A stretch of DNA of 64,000 nucleotides from Leucoraja erinacea (taxonomy: Eukaryota): the NCBI RefSeq assembly GCF_028641065.1, contig NC_073393.1:38688001-38752000 (forward strand), in the 5' to 3' direction. Made by a program: the position numbers and the translations under genes. Shown one piece after another: positions 49,353 through 62,089 of this stretch; the first letter of the stretch is position 1; each line of letters starts with the position of its first letter. The notes beneath the pieces were generated by a model. That model was not told the origin of the DNA. It saw only the letters and a program-made list of their open reading frames with translations, and ran no database searches.

Positions 49353-50975
49353 GTAAGTACAAATAAAGCATTAGGGTCGGGGAAAGGGGTGAAAAACCAC
49401 CAAGTTCCCACTGCTTATTATTCAGTGACCTGCTGAAAAGTTCATCAATGAAAATGAGGATGAGAACAGGATGGAGGCGCAGCAGTGATGTCTTCTTTAC
49501 CACCGGCACTGCCGCTTGCCTCCCCTTGCGCTTGTATCCTTGCCTCAAAGCAACATTGCCCACAGCACTCACTGTGTGGCTCGTACATACAGTCTGACAA
49601 AGGGCTGCCCTGAAGGGAAACACTGGGGAGGCAAAAATGATTGGATATAAAGTACATGTTAATTAAATTAAATGTTATCTCTACACTTATTGTGCTGCAG
49701 GAATTTTGCATTAACACCATCAGGGTTTCCAATTTAATAAAAAAAGACTATTAAAGTGTAGATTTAACCTTTTGCATAAGGGAAAACAAAATGTAACCTT
49801 TTTCATTTGTGTAAGTAGGAACTGAAGATCCTGGTTTAAACCAAAGATACTAGAGGATGTAGTATCTCCTCTGGTATCTTTGGTTTAAACCAAAGATAGA
49901 CACAAAAAGCTGGAGTAACTCCGTGGGACAGGCAGCATATCTGGAGAGAAGGAATGAGTGACGTTTCATGTTGAGACGGGTCAGGTCTGAAGAAGAGTCT
50001 CGACCCGAAATGTCACACATTCCTTCTCTCCAGAGATGCTGCCTGTCCCGCTGAGTTACTCCAGATTTTTAGTGTCTGTCTTTTTATTTCAACAAAATAG
50101 TCCTTTCCTAAGACGGACTCAGAAATATATCGGTGTACTTCAATGCTACATGATATTACTCTGCTGGAACCATAATATGTTTGAAGCAATGGGCATTGCG
50201 GTTATGTTCCTCTATCATTCTGCTATGAAATCTCCAAGTTCCCCACATGGATTACCATTATCCAGCTGTGAATCGCCATGTAGGATAGATAGCAAACACC
50301 TCATTTACGTAATACAGTTCGTAGCAAAAGCTGCAATTGTGATTTGCTGAAAATTAAGTGAATCTTAATTTGAGTTTTTGTTTTGTTTTTAACTATTTCG
50401 ATGACCTTTGAAGTTGCCCAAAGTACTGCTTGCTGGCAGACCAGCACAGAACTCTCATGTCATGCTATTTGCAAAGCAGGTCCAATAGCCAACATACCTG
50501 CTGTAAGGATTGCTGGAGACATCTGGCTAAATTCTGAAGATGGAGCTCCAATATTATTAATGCCTGACTGGTGATAGAAAATGCTCTAGATACAGTAGAA
50601 CACTGACATTTTCTCTGGATTGAATTTAATTGAATGTCCATGCATATGGAATTCAATTAGGATTTCAAAATATTTGCCACTCAAAAGCAAATGGCTTTAT
50701 AAAGTGCATGATATAGTATACAGTTTATAGTGGTGTTTTAGCAAATTATTTCACAGGTTTTATTATAGTTTGTTTATTTACGTATTTGTTAAACATAACA
50801 GGGGATTGGGCTTTCACCAATGGTGTACTGTGGGATGGGGTATGGTTATTTTTCTGAGTCAAAAGAAAATCAATGTTGTGATGTCCATATCCTGGTTTCT
50901 TTTTAAATGGTACATCCTTCTTGCTAAGGGTGATGTGAAACATTCCTCCCTGATTTATATTTTTGCCCTTTACAG

Positions 50976-51157
50976 GGGAGAAGCCGTTTGCCTGTCCACA
51001 CTGCAGCAGGGCTTTTGCAGATCGCTCAAACCTGCGTGCACATCTGCAGACACACTCGGATGTGAAGAGATATCATTGCAAGAGCTGCTCAAAGACTTTC
51101 TCCAGAATGTCTCTTCTATCCAAACACAAGGAAGCCGGATGCTGCCCCTTATCTTGA
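50976..51157 (+). CDS. SNAI3: SNAI3 exon 3 (zinc fingers 4-5 and stop)
   Basis: tttacag| acceptor; [63 protein letters not shown]. Total CDS is 897 nt. Confidence 0.95.
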
Positions 51158-51466
51158 TGCAAACTCTGTGATATTATTAAATTCTGATTTGATAGCAGGC
51201 TGGAGTTTTGCAAAGTGTTGAGGGCCTATTATTTTAGCATTATATCATTGAACATGGTTGCGAAATGCTGTACTTGTTGGTTTGTTAACTCTCAAAATAA
51301 TTTCACCCTAATGGAGACCTGCAGATGTAATCGGCTAAAGCTCTACCAATGTTGACTCTACTAGTTATGACATAAAACCATTTTGTCCATGGAACATAGA
51401 GTGGTACTACTGCACAAGAAGAGGCCCTTTGGCCCACACTGCCTGTGCTGAACATGCTGCCAAGAC

Positions 51467-52023
51467 ATAGAAACATAGAAATTAGGTGCAGGAGTAGGCC
51501 ATTCGGCCCTTCGAGCCTGCACCGCCATTCAATATGATCATGGCTGATCATCCAACTCAGTATCCCGTACCTGCCTTCTCTCCATACCCTCTGATCCCCT
51601 TAGCCACAAGGGCCACATCTAACTCCCTCTTAAATATAGCCAATGAACTGGCCTCGAATACCCTCTGCGGCAGAGAGTTCCAGAGATTCACCACTCTCTG
51701 TGTGAAAAAAGTTCTTCTCATCTCGGTTTTAAAGGATTTCCCCCTTATCCTTAAGCTGTGACCCCTTGTCCTGGACTTCCCCAACATCGGGAGCAATCTT
51801 CCTGCATCTAGCCTGTCCAACCCCTTAAGAATTTTGTAAGTTTCTATAAGATCCCCCCTCAATCTCCTAAATTCTAGAGAGTATAAACCAAGTCTATCCA
51901 GTCTTTCTTCATAAGACAGTCCTGACATCCCAGGAATCAGTCTGGTGAACCTTCTCTGCACTCCCTCTATGGCAATAATGTCCTTCCTCGGATTTGGAGA
52001 CCAAAACTGTACGCAATACTCCA
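51467..52023 (-). mobile_element. Young CR1/HER1-like LINE 3' fragment nested in an older CR1
   Basis: Open RT-tail frame LEYCVQFWSP...QRRFTRLIPG...RRLRGDLIETYK...RVVNLWNSLP. (catagaaa)n tail. Flanked by a ccaagac duplication. Confidence 0.9.
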
Positions 52024-53380
52024 AGACCATATCCATCCATTCCCTGCATATCTGCATGTCTATCCAAAGTCTCTTAAATACCTCTATTGTATCTGCTGCA
52101 ACCATCACAGCGTGTTACAGGCACTCGCTGCCCTCTGTTTTATGAAAAAAAAATTGCCTTGCACATCTCCATTAAACTTTGCCCCTCTCACTAGAAAACT
52201 ATTCCCTTTATTATTTGATTATTTCCATCTTAGGAACAAGGTTCTGGCTGTCTACACTATCTAAGCCTCATAATTTGATATACTTCTATCGGGTTGCCCC
52301 ACTCCCTCTAATATTCCAGAGAACAAAATCCAAGTCTGTCCAGCCTCTCCCTGTAGCCAGTACCCTGTATTCCACCCATTATTCTTCTAAACCCCCTCTG
52401 CCCCTTTTCAAAGGCTCCAGAACCTTCCTGTAATGGGTGAAGAGAACTGCACGTAATACTCCAAATGTAGCCGCACCTAACCCCTATAAAGCTGCATCAT
52501 GCCTACCTGACTCTTATACTCATTTTCCCAACCTATGAAAGCAACCAGACCATATGCTTTCTTTAACTCCCTATCCACTTGTGTTTTGCCACTTTCAATG
52601 AGTTATGGGCTTGGACCCCAAGATCCCTCTGTACACCAATGTTGCTAAGGGTTATGCCGTGAATGTTATATTTTCCCCTTGCATTTGACCTCACAAAGTG
52701 CAACACCTCACACTTGTTCAGATTAGACTCCATCTGCCATGTGTCAGCCTATTTTTGTAGTTGAGCTCTATCCCACTGTATACTTTGACAGTCTTCCTCA
52801 TAGTCTGTGACCCCAACAATGTTGGTGTCATTTGCAAACTTACTAACCATTCAGTTTACGTTTATATTTAAGTCATTTATATATACCACAATCATCAGTC
52901 CCAACACAGATCCCTGTGGAACTCCACTGGCCAGAGACCTCTAGCCAGAGTATTGTCCTTCCTTCACAATGCTCTATCGGTCTTCTATCGATAGTCACTG
53001 TTAGTTCCGAATCCATACGACTAAGTCACTGTTAGTCCTGTTCATCTTAATCTTCTGGATCAGCCTTCAATGGGGGACTTCATCAAATGCCTTACTAAAA
53101 TCCATGTTGACAACATCCACCTTAATGCTCTTCAAGAGCCTCAACACATCCTCCTTTTTAATCTCAAACTATCCTTGCGTTTTGACATTCTTCACACTGA
53201 CCTCACAATGTACTTCTCCTTGGTGAAAATCTCGCCTAGACTCCAAGCATCAATTCCCTTCTTTATCCTTGAGTAGTCCTACCTTCTCCCTGATTACCAC
53301 CTTGTTTTTAATATAGGTTTAAGAAGTTTGGGATTTGCATTCAACTGACTAAACAAAGGTATTTCATGGCCCCCTTTGGC
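52024..53380 (-). mobile_element. Older degenerate CR1-like LINE (host of the 51467 insertion; its 3' end lies at about 51395-51466)
   Basis: Degenerate RT motifs, for example the reverse complement of KFANDTNIVG and gatccctgtggaactcc. Confidence 0.8.
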
Positions 53381-53399
53381 CTGTCTAATTGTGCTCTGG

Positions 53400-53486
53400 G
53401 TTTTTACAACCCCCCCCCCCCCCCCCCCCCCCCCCCCGCAACCGCGCGTTGAGGGGACGGGACCCAAATGGTCCCCCTTGGTCTAG
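53400..53486 (+). mobile_element. Helitron 3' terminus remnant
   Basis: Hairpin GGGACC-caaat-GGTCCC followed 7 nt later by CTAG|T (53483-53487). Confidence 0.6.
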
Positions 53487-53934
53487 TATTCCATAAAGTT
53501 TTAAGTTTGGTTATTAGAATGTTTTTTTTATTAACTTGCATCAGCTTATAAAACTTAACTTTCAATACTTGTGATGGGTACTTTTTATTTTGCCAGTTTG
53601 CATCTAGATTTCCTATGGATTGCAACTATGGATTACCTAGCAGGCTTTATTCCAACACTAAAACACTGCTGTACTCTGTAAGGTTTTTAATCCATGGTTA
53701 AGTTCATTCTTTGGTCATTTAAAATACCTACATACAAGGATTTAGTTGGAACATTTCATTAAAAAACAATGTCATGGAGGGTTCTGTTTTACTGTCACAA
53801 AGTTCGCGTCTATATTATTCTGAAGGAAAAGTGGTTGTGGAATGCTTAAATCCTGCTTCTGATTGATTGTGCTTAGACACAAAATGCTGGAGTAACTCAG
53901 CGGGACAGGCAACATCTCTGGAGAGAAGGAATGG

Positions 53935-53966
53935 GTGACGTTTCGGGTCGAGACCCTTCTTCAGGC
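53935..53966 (-). ncRNA. Minimal hammerhead ribozyme motif
   Basis: The reverse complement reads CTGAAGAAGGGTCTCGACCCGAAACGTC|acc. Confidence 0.6.
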
Positions 53967-55894
53967 ATCTGATTGCGCTTTCCAGCACACTTTGGAGAGA
54001 AGAAGCCAATATTCCACTTTACAAAAGACTGCCTTTGTTCTTGCTACGGTCTGCTCATGCTGGAAGTCGGACTAAAATCCTAACTGTTCTACCTCAATAA
54101 ATCTAAGTCAACTCAACAACCACCATACTTTCGGAGGCAGCAACATTGGAAATAAATGTAGTCCATGGTGCTTAAAAAAAATGTACAAAAACAACAGTTG
54201 GAACTTCAATGAAAGGAGAATGGACATGTGCAAATACTGTACACAATGTAAATATAAATGACGCTGTGATTTTCTTGCATATTAGGTTGTGAAAACATCA
54301 TTTCACTTGTCATGTACTTTTTACTATGTGATAATGGTGATATAACCATAATAGCAGTTCAATAAAATGCCTGTTTAACAGAAGAATTCTTGAGAACATT
54401 TTAACATGAGCCATTTTTATCAGATGTACCAAGACTAAAGATAGGCACAAAATGCTGGAGTAACTCAGCAGGACCCTTAATTATGAACAGTGTGTGTGTG
54501 TGTGTGTGTGTGTGCAAGTGGGGAAATGTGCACTTTGCATGGAAGTAACTTCAAAGATGTTCTACCAGTTCTTCACCCCATCACAGTGGCAGCACAGTGG
54601 CACAGCAGTAGAACTGCTGCCTTACAGAGGCAGAGACCTGGGTTCTACCCTGACTACGGGTGCAGTCTGCACTGTACGTTCTCCCTGTGACCTTGTTGGT
54701 GTTACGCAAGCGTTGAGTAATGACAAGTCCCTCAAACAAATTTAGACATTCAATTGAGTTAAACCCTATGCTCAGCAAAGATCCACATGTGCCAACTTCT
54801 AGCACCAGTCATTGGTGTAATAATACTGATTGCATTCATATCTTTGAGATTCTAAACTGATAATGGGCTAAAATGATAATTATAATAATATGGAGGCAAA
54901 GTCTGGCTGGGCCAGGTGGAAAAGGATCAAGACTATATTCTCATCAGTCCATTAAACTGCTCCAGCTTTGGCCACAAAGATGGTCCAGTTTGATTACTTG
55001 TACATGCTGTATTTTTGGACGCCTTTTACTTGCTGTTTAAGACAATATTACTGCTTCAGATAAAATAATGATTCCTGCAATTCTCATATTAACCCTTCAA
55101 TTTCATTCATTTTGTTTCTTTTCTCCACTACATTCCATCTGGTAACAGCTGTAGGTAGGTAGATATTTATGAATAAGTTTACATTTAGTAAATTATAACA
55201 CGGGTTGAAGAGTTAGTAACTAAACTCCCCCCAGATCATCTCAGTGCTCGAGTACTTCAATGTTACCTGCCTACAGGGGGGTTGGGGTTGGGGCTAGACC
55301 TGTGAGAGGGGCAGGTTTTACACTGTCGTTTTTGGATAGGATGCAGAATGAGAATGGGCTAAGAGACGAAGGAAGGAAAGTCTGGAGCCATTGATGTTTT
55401 ACTGAGAAGGTCAAGGCAGTACATATGAGTCCACTGATATATTTTAAACATTAAACATGAGAAAAGCCTACATATAACTTTAAATATAGTTAGATCATGT
55501 GGTAAAAAGGGCAGACATTTAAAATTTAAAATAATAATAATAATTGAAGAATTAAAACTATATTTTAAATAAAGCTGAATATGAAATTGTGTGAAATCTG
55601 TAACAAATTTTAGCCACCTAGAAATTCATTGTTTGCTGAGTGGCACTATATGGAGAGACACAATTTTCTTCCAATGCTACTGGGTATTGATTTCTTCCCT
55701 GTGCACTTCATGTAAGTTCCCAATGCACTAAAAGGGCAATGATTCTCAGTCTTTTATGCGGCTATACACAACAACCTTGCGTCATTTTAGCCATAGTGTG
55801 TGAACTGTGAGTGAACGCTGCTCCATCTTCACTGTGGCCAGAATCTTTAACATGGTGCTTGTCGCCTGTTAGTCTTCCTGGAAGAAGAGAGATC

Positions 55895-56560
55895 GAAGTT
55901 GTAGACACCAGGAGCTGCAGATGCCGGTTTGCCAAAAAAGACACAAAGTGTTGGAGTAACTCACTAGGAGAGAGGCCAACGAGTATGCATGGGAAATAGA
56001 ACGGACATGGGTGAGTGGACAGAATCATCCTGGAGGGAATGACCGATCCCTTTGGAATAGTGACTGAGGAAGAGAGGGGATGTGTCTGGAGAAGTGAGGA
56101 TATAGAGGATTTTATCCTGGTTCTGCAAATGGGGAGATGGGAGTCGGAGATAGTGTGTGAAATAGAATGAATACTGTCCATAAGGGAGAATCTGTGTTCC
56201 GATAAGAGGAAAACATATCAGAAACTGTGGTGTGATATAAAGGCACTACCATGGAAACAGATGCAGAGAAGATGGGGGAACTAGGAGAATGGAATAGGGT
56301 CCTTCCAGGAAGCAGGATGGGGGTCTGTGGGGTTGTAATGGATCCTGATCACCAACCTGTCATCAGAAATGGAGATAAGAGGTAGAGAAATCACAAAGAA
56401 GTAAAGAGTTAGAGATGGACCGCATAAAGATGAAAACTAGGTCAAAATAGACAGGAGAGTTACTAAAAGCATTGCGACTGTGGGTGATAGCAGGAAGTGA
56501 TGGTCAATACCAGAAAAAGAGGTGAGGGAGGAGGTTTGGGTAAGAGTGAAACCAAAAATA
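55895..56560 (-). mobile_element. Older Penelope-like element fragment
   Basis: A terminal-repeat piece followed by the degenerate reverse complement of the 43878-44335 sequence. Confidence 0.55.
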
Positions 56561-57065
56561 TTTCATAGTGAAAATAAGTGCTTGGATCCACAATGGTGTA
56601 ACAGTTAGTGCTGCTGCCTCACACCTCCAGTGACCTGGGTTCAATCTTGACCAAGGCGTTCCAGTTTACTCCTGTATACCAGAGATGTGCTGTTAGGTTA
56701 TTTAGCTACTGCGTTCCCCTTGATGGGCGGCAGGAGAACCAGGGTGGAGGGGATGAACATGAGAATAAGAACTCGCAGGGAAATAAGTAGTGGGACGTGA
56801 TGGAAGGGATTGCTCTGGGAGCCAGCACAGCAGAAGGAAAATATGAAAAGTTTCCATCACAAGGGAACATTGAAAATGTGTTCAGAGATGTGAAGAAAGA
56901 TGGTCATGGAGAAGAACTCAGTGGACATCTGCTCAAAGATGAAACAAAGGTCCTTAAGGTCATCCAGATATGATTAGAGAATTGTAAATAATTGGGTGTC
57001 CTTGATGAAGATCAGCTGGTTGGGGCAAGGAAACTGGAAACACACAAGACAACAGAAATGTAATT

Positions 57066-57650
57066 GAAGATAGACACAAACAGCTGGAGTAACTCAGCGG
57101 GACAGGCGGCATCTCTGGAGAGAAGGGATGGGTGGCGTTTCGGATCAAGACCCTTCTTCAGACTAGTTGGGGAAAAGGGAAACAAGAGATATAGACGGGG
57201 ATGTGGAGAGATAAAGGACAATGAATGAAATGCATGCAAAAAAAGTAACAATGATAAAAGAAGCAGGCCATTGTTAGCTGTTTGTAGGGTGAAAATGAGA
57301 AGCTGGTGTGACTTGGGTGGGGGAGGGATGGAGAGAGAGGGAATGCCGGGCCTACCTGAAGTGAGAGAAATCAAAATTTCATACCACTGGGCCGTCAGCT
57401 GCCCAAGCGAAAAATGAGCTGCTGTTCCTCCAATTTGCGTTTAGCTTCACTCTGACAATGGAGGAGACCGAGGACAGAAAGGTCGGTGTAGGAATAGGAG
57501 GGAGAATTAAAGTGTCCAGCAACCGGGAGATCAGGTAGGTTCAGGCTGGCTTAGCGAAGGTGTTCCATGAAACAATCGTCCAGTCTGTGTTTGGTCTCGC
57601 CAATGTATAAGAGTCCACACCTTGAACAACAGACACAGTAAATGAGGTCT
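57066..57650 (-). mobile_element. Penelope-like element 3' end: GIY-YIG endonuclease remnant plus terminal repeat with hammerhead motif
   Basis: Minus translation GLLYIGETK...PVAGHFNSP...KRKLEEQQLIFRLG, then CTGAAGAAGGGTCTTGATCCGAAACGCC. Confidence 0.85.
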
Positions 57651-57950
57651 AATGTAGATAAAATGTCATTGATGTGGATAAGGGAGAAAAAAAGTCAAAA
57701 GATCCAAATCAATTATTTCTGTGTGTAAAGTGGGCTGAAATGATGGATCAACCAAGTCAATCGTGTTTATGTTTTTAATTTTAGTTTTAGTTTTAGAAAT
57801 ACAGCGTGGAAACAGGCCCTTCGGCCCACCGAGTCCGTGCCAACCAGCGATCACCAGTACACTAGTTCTATCCTCCATACAGACAGTGCCCGTGGTCAGG
57901 ATCGAACCCGGGACTCTGGTGCTGCAAGGCAGCAAATCTACCGCTGCGTC

Positions 57951-58582
57951 AGGATTTGAGTATAGGAGCAGGGAGGTTCTACTGCAGTTGTACAGGGTCT
58001 TAGTGAGACCACACCTGGAGTATTGCGTACAGTTTTGGTCTCCTAATCTGAGGAAAGACATTATTGCCATAGAGGGAGTGCAGAGATGGTTCACCAGACT
58101 GATTCCTGGGATGTCAGGACTTTCATATGAAGAAAGACTGGATAGACTTGGTTTGTACTCGCTAGAATTTAGAAGATTGAGGGGGGATCTTATAGAAACT
58201 TACAAAATTCTTAAGGGGTTGGACAGGCTAGATGCAGCAAGATTGTTCCCTATGTTGGGGAAGTCCAGAACAAGGGGTCACAGTTTAAGGATAAGGGGGA
58301 AATCTTTTAGGACCGAGATGAGGAAAACCTTTTTCACACAGAAAGTGGTGAATCTCTGGAATTCTCTGCCGCAGAAGGTAGTTGAGGCCACAGTTCATTG
58401 GCTATATTTAAGAGGTAGTTAGATGTGGCCCTTGTGGCTAAAGGGATCAGGGGGTATGGAGAGAAGGCAGGAACAGGATACTGAGTTGGATGATCAGCCA
58501 TGATCATATTGAATGGCGGTGCAGGCTCGAAGGGCCGAATGGCCTACTCCTGCACCTAATTTCTATGTTTCTATGTTTCTAT
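57951..58582 (+). mobile_element. Young CR1/HER1-like LINE 3' fragment inserted into a SINE head
   Basis: LLQLYRVLVRPHLEYCVQFWSP...; nearly identical to 51467-52023; (tttctatg)n tail. Confidence 0.9.
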
Positions 58583-59938
58583 CACTGCTGCACCCACTGT
58601 GAGTCATATGGAGAAAAGTAAAAGCAACTATGAGGTTGTAGCTTGTGGAAGGATGATTCCCACTGGAAGCTCGTGACTGTCTGGGAGGGTTGATGGGCGT
58701 TGGAGAGTTGATGTTGAGTCTGCTCAAGTTAGAGGCTGGTCCAGTAACCCAGAACACCATTGACTTTGTCAACAGTTTAAAGACAAATTGTATGTCCATA
58801 AATCTTTCACTGATGAGTAATCTATAAAAACCAAAATGAAGAAATATCTTTTTGCAAGGTTCTTTTGCATGGTAATTATCTAGAGTGAATAATACTGATG
58901 TGCGTGTAACACAGACATTGGAGGATAAAAGCCTAGTAAGCAAGTGGAATCATATATAACAAATATTAAAAATTGTGTTTGGAAATTAAAGTGAGTATAA
59001 AGGAATATTAAGGGCCAGATCAAAGAGCTGAACGGCTTATCTTATCCTTGACTCCTTCAAGCTCACTCCGTCCTTAAAGGAGAGGATGGTTTCTTTGAGG
59101 AACAAGCTCAAAGTCTGTAGAAATTGAAATATTTCCAATCCTTTTAAGTTAAATGTTTCAAAAGTTAAGTTTAACAGTGCAACCTTCATTAATGTAATGT
59201 TGATTTCAATTCAAATCTAAACCTTTTAATTCTTACGAAACCAATGACAACTTTTCATTTGGGTTTAAAGCAAAATGGATATCAATCTCAGCATGTCAAA
59301 CAGTTTGCATATTATTTACTATGGAAAAATACTATTAATAAATACCCTTAGCCTTGGTTTTGCAGGCCGGCAATAGATAGTATCCAGCTGTGTGGAGCAT
59401 CCTGGGATACAGCCAATGTAAGGTCTGTTTTTAATGAATCGTCTCCACTAGATGCTTACTACTTGCTAAAAATAACCTACTTTTGGAATGAGGTAAATCT
59501 AGCCTTGTAGTTATTAGAGGTGATGGTTTGAAAATAGTTCCTCTGTTGCTAATTATACCATGACCCGTGTCGACAGACCTCCACGCCTAAGAATAAACCA
59601 CTGGCAGCCGTGTGTGGAACCACATATGCTGCTGAGACTCCAAAAACAGACTCTGCAAATGAGCTGAATGCCAACGGGAACACCTGTGATAAAGAGCAAC
59701 AGGTTTCAATCATCCTTTAACTGTGGGAATAAATCCAACCAAAGACTAAACAGGCTGCTATCAAGATGATGGCTTGATAAACAAGGCTATTCAGTAGCAT
59801 CAGTAACTTGCCTGTTAATGTTGCTAGGGTTCATGATACAGCCATGCGTATGAATTGGCAGAGCCAATATATCCGTCTTCCCTCGTTCAGTTTACTTGAC
59901 TGTTGATTGAGTTGCACCAAAACCAGTTGGTGCTCGAA

Positions 59939-59970
59939 GTCTGAAGAAGGGTCTTGACCCGAAACGTCAC
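59939..59970 (+). ncRNA. Minimal type I hammerhead ribozyme motif (Penelope-associated)
   Basis: gt-CTGAAGA-A-GGGTCTTGACCC-GAAA-CG-TC|ac: intact core, helix II hairpin, palindromic ACGT helix III and GUC site. Helix I is very short. Confidence 0.65.
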
Positions 59971-61101
59971 CCATTCCTTCTCTCCAGAGAACCTGCCTGG
60001 CCCGCTGAGTTACTCCAGCCTATCTTTGGTTTAAACCACGGCATCTGCAGTTCCCTCCTACACATTCCACCTCACCCGCTGAGTTACTCCAGCATTTTGT
60101 GTCTATCTTTGGTGTTTGAAAAGCTGACACCAGCCATCAATGAAGTTGAAGGTGTTCATTTTTACTTGTTTTGCTTTGAGCAATACTGGTTTGAGGGGAC
60201 AGGGGATCAAACTGCCAAGGATAGGAGCGTGAGGTGGGATTACAGGGAAAGAAGGCAGGGGGCTCAGAATTAGGAAATAAATGGGGAGAAGTGAACTCTT
60301 AAGTGAGAAGTTGTATTGCTTGTACCCAATAATCCCTATATAACCTGGTATGGTGTGAGGCCACAGTTATTATAAGGACTACAAATCGACAGAGACCTGC
60401 TACTGAAGTGGGAGTGTGTCCTGTCAGACTGAAATCTTGTTTCCAATGAGTGAAAGCACTCCATGAAAACTGTACAACCCTGAACAGTGGAAATTGTATT
60501 ATTTATGAATGCACTTCCATTGTGCCCAACCCATCCGTTAGTATGTTTAAGAAGGAACTGCAGATGCTGGAAAATCGAAGGTAGACAAAAATGCTGGAGA
60601 AACTCAGCAGGTGAGGCAGCACCTATAGAGCGAAGGAAATAGGCAACGTTTCTTCGAAGGGTTTCGGCCCGAAACGTTGCCTATTTCCTTCGCTCCATAG
60701 ATGCTGCCCCATCCGTTGGTATAACTTGCTTTTCATTTATAGCTATATAGGTACAATTGCTTCAATGTGGGCTGACAGAGGTTTTTGCTCATCTTGTTGT
60801 GCTCACTTTTTTTCCTTTGCATATTTACACTGGTTCCATTGGAAGTGCCCTACGTCTGGTCACCATCCTACCCTCATCTAAACTCTTTCTTTTAAAACTA
60901 AATCTTTGAGCAAACCCCTGTTTTAGCAACCACTTGTTGTTGGTATTATTTCCTTTGTTTCTGTCACCTTAAAGAACCTTCTTACATTAATCACACTTAA
61001 AACTATTGGTGACCACTCGACCAATATTTCAAAACTACTTAGACCAATGATACAGTCTGTCATTTCAACCATTATCTCATTTATCCTCCTTTGTTCATTA
61101 A

Positions 61102-61350
61102 AGGGCTCAAGAGTTCTCCCGAGCTTCCCCTGATTCGAACTCGGAGAATTACCATAATAGCCGCTCGTAGGTACTCAGGGCTCTGGTGGACATTTTTCAA
61201 CATGTTGAAAAATCTTCACGAGCTTACCGCGTTTCCCGAGTACCTGCCGTTAGCGTTACAAGCCGCTAAGAGACGTCCTGAGCTCCGACGCACCCGCTTT
61301 TTTAAACTCGGGAGAGCTCTTGAATTACCTCGTACAGTGGGACAGGGTCT
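61102..61350. mobile_element. PIF/Harbinger-like MITE, left TIR partly deleted
   Basis: TAA flanks; right end GTGGGACAGGGTCT; subterminal inverted repeat tcaagagttctcccgag / ctcgggagagctcttga; central palindrome atttttcaacatgttgaaaaat. Confidence 0.7.
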
Positions 61351-62089
61351 TAACGCTGATCAGTTCGGAGGGAACTGGTTTTGCTTTGCTTTGCTGCAGC
61401 CTTTACTACTGAATTCAGCCAGAGCTACAGGAAACTCCAGGCATGGGTTTGGACTCGTATTGAAAAGCCACTTCTCACCATATTAAACATTTGCCACAAT
61501 GTGTCGAGATATAAACCATGCATTCGACAGAGAAGTGGAACAATTATGCACAAGTTAGTGAGTAATATTGTACCATTGTGGTAACTGAATAATATCTGCT
61601 CACGTCGTAAAGCAGAACAGCAAAAGAGAAATGATATGCCTTAGCTAATTATTTCTGTTTAATTTAAAAATACCTCTGTAAAAAAGATTGTGTGGTATAA
61701 TCCTAGCAATTTGGCAGGGAACTGAGATTTAACCGATGAAGTGACCCACAGACTCTTCTCAACGGATCAGGTGATTTGCCCAACAATTCTGTGTTCTCCT
61801 TGTGACAAAAAGCAATTAATATAATAAGTGTTTTGTAAAATAGTGGGAAAAGGACAGGGAATTAAATTCTTTACTTGTGCTTTTAAAGGAAGTTTCGTTT
61901 TTGACGACTGTCCTCTGGGGCTCATGAGTGGAGACCTTCCTTTAGACTAGTATAATAAAGAGGAACTGCAGCTGCTTGTTTATACCAAAGATAGACACAA
62001 AGCGCTGGAGTAACTCAGCGTGTCAGGCAGCATCTCTGGAGAGAAGGAATGGGTGACGTTTCAGGTCGAGACCCTTATTCAAACTGAAG

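Noticed and set aside
57763-58422. 219-aa ORF
   Set aside because: Chance fusion of an antisense SINE with a CR1 ORF2 tail, not a host gene.
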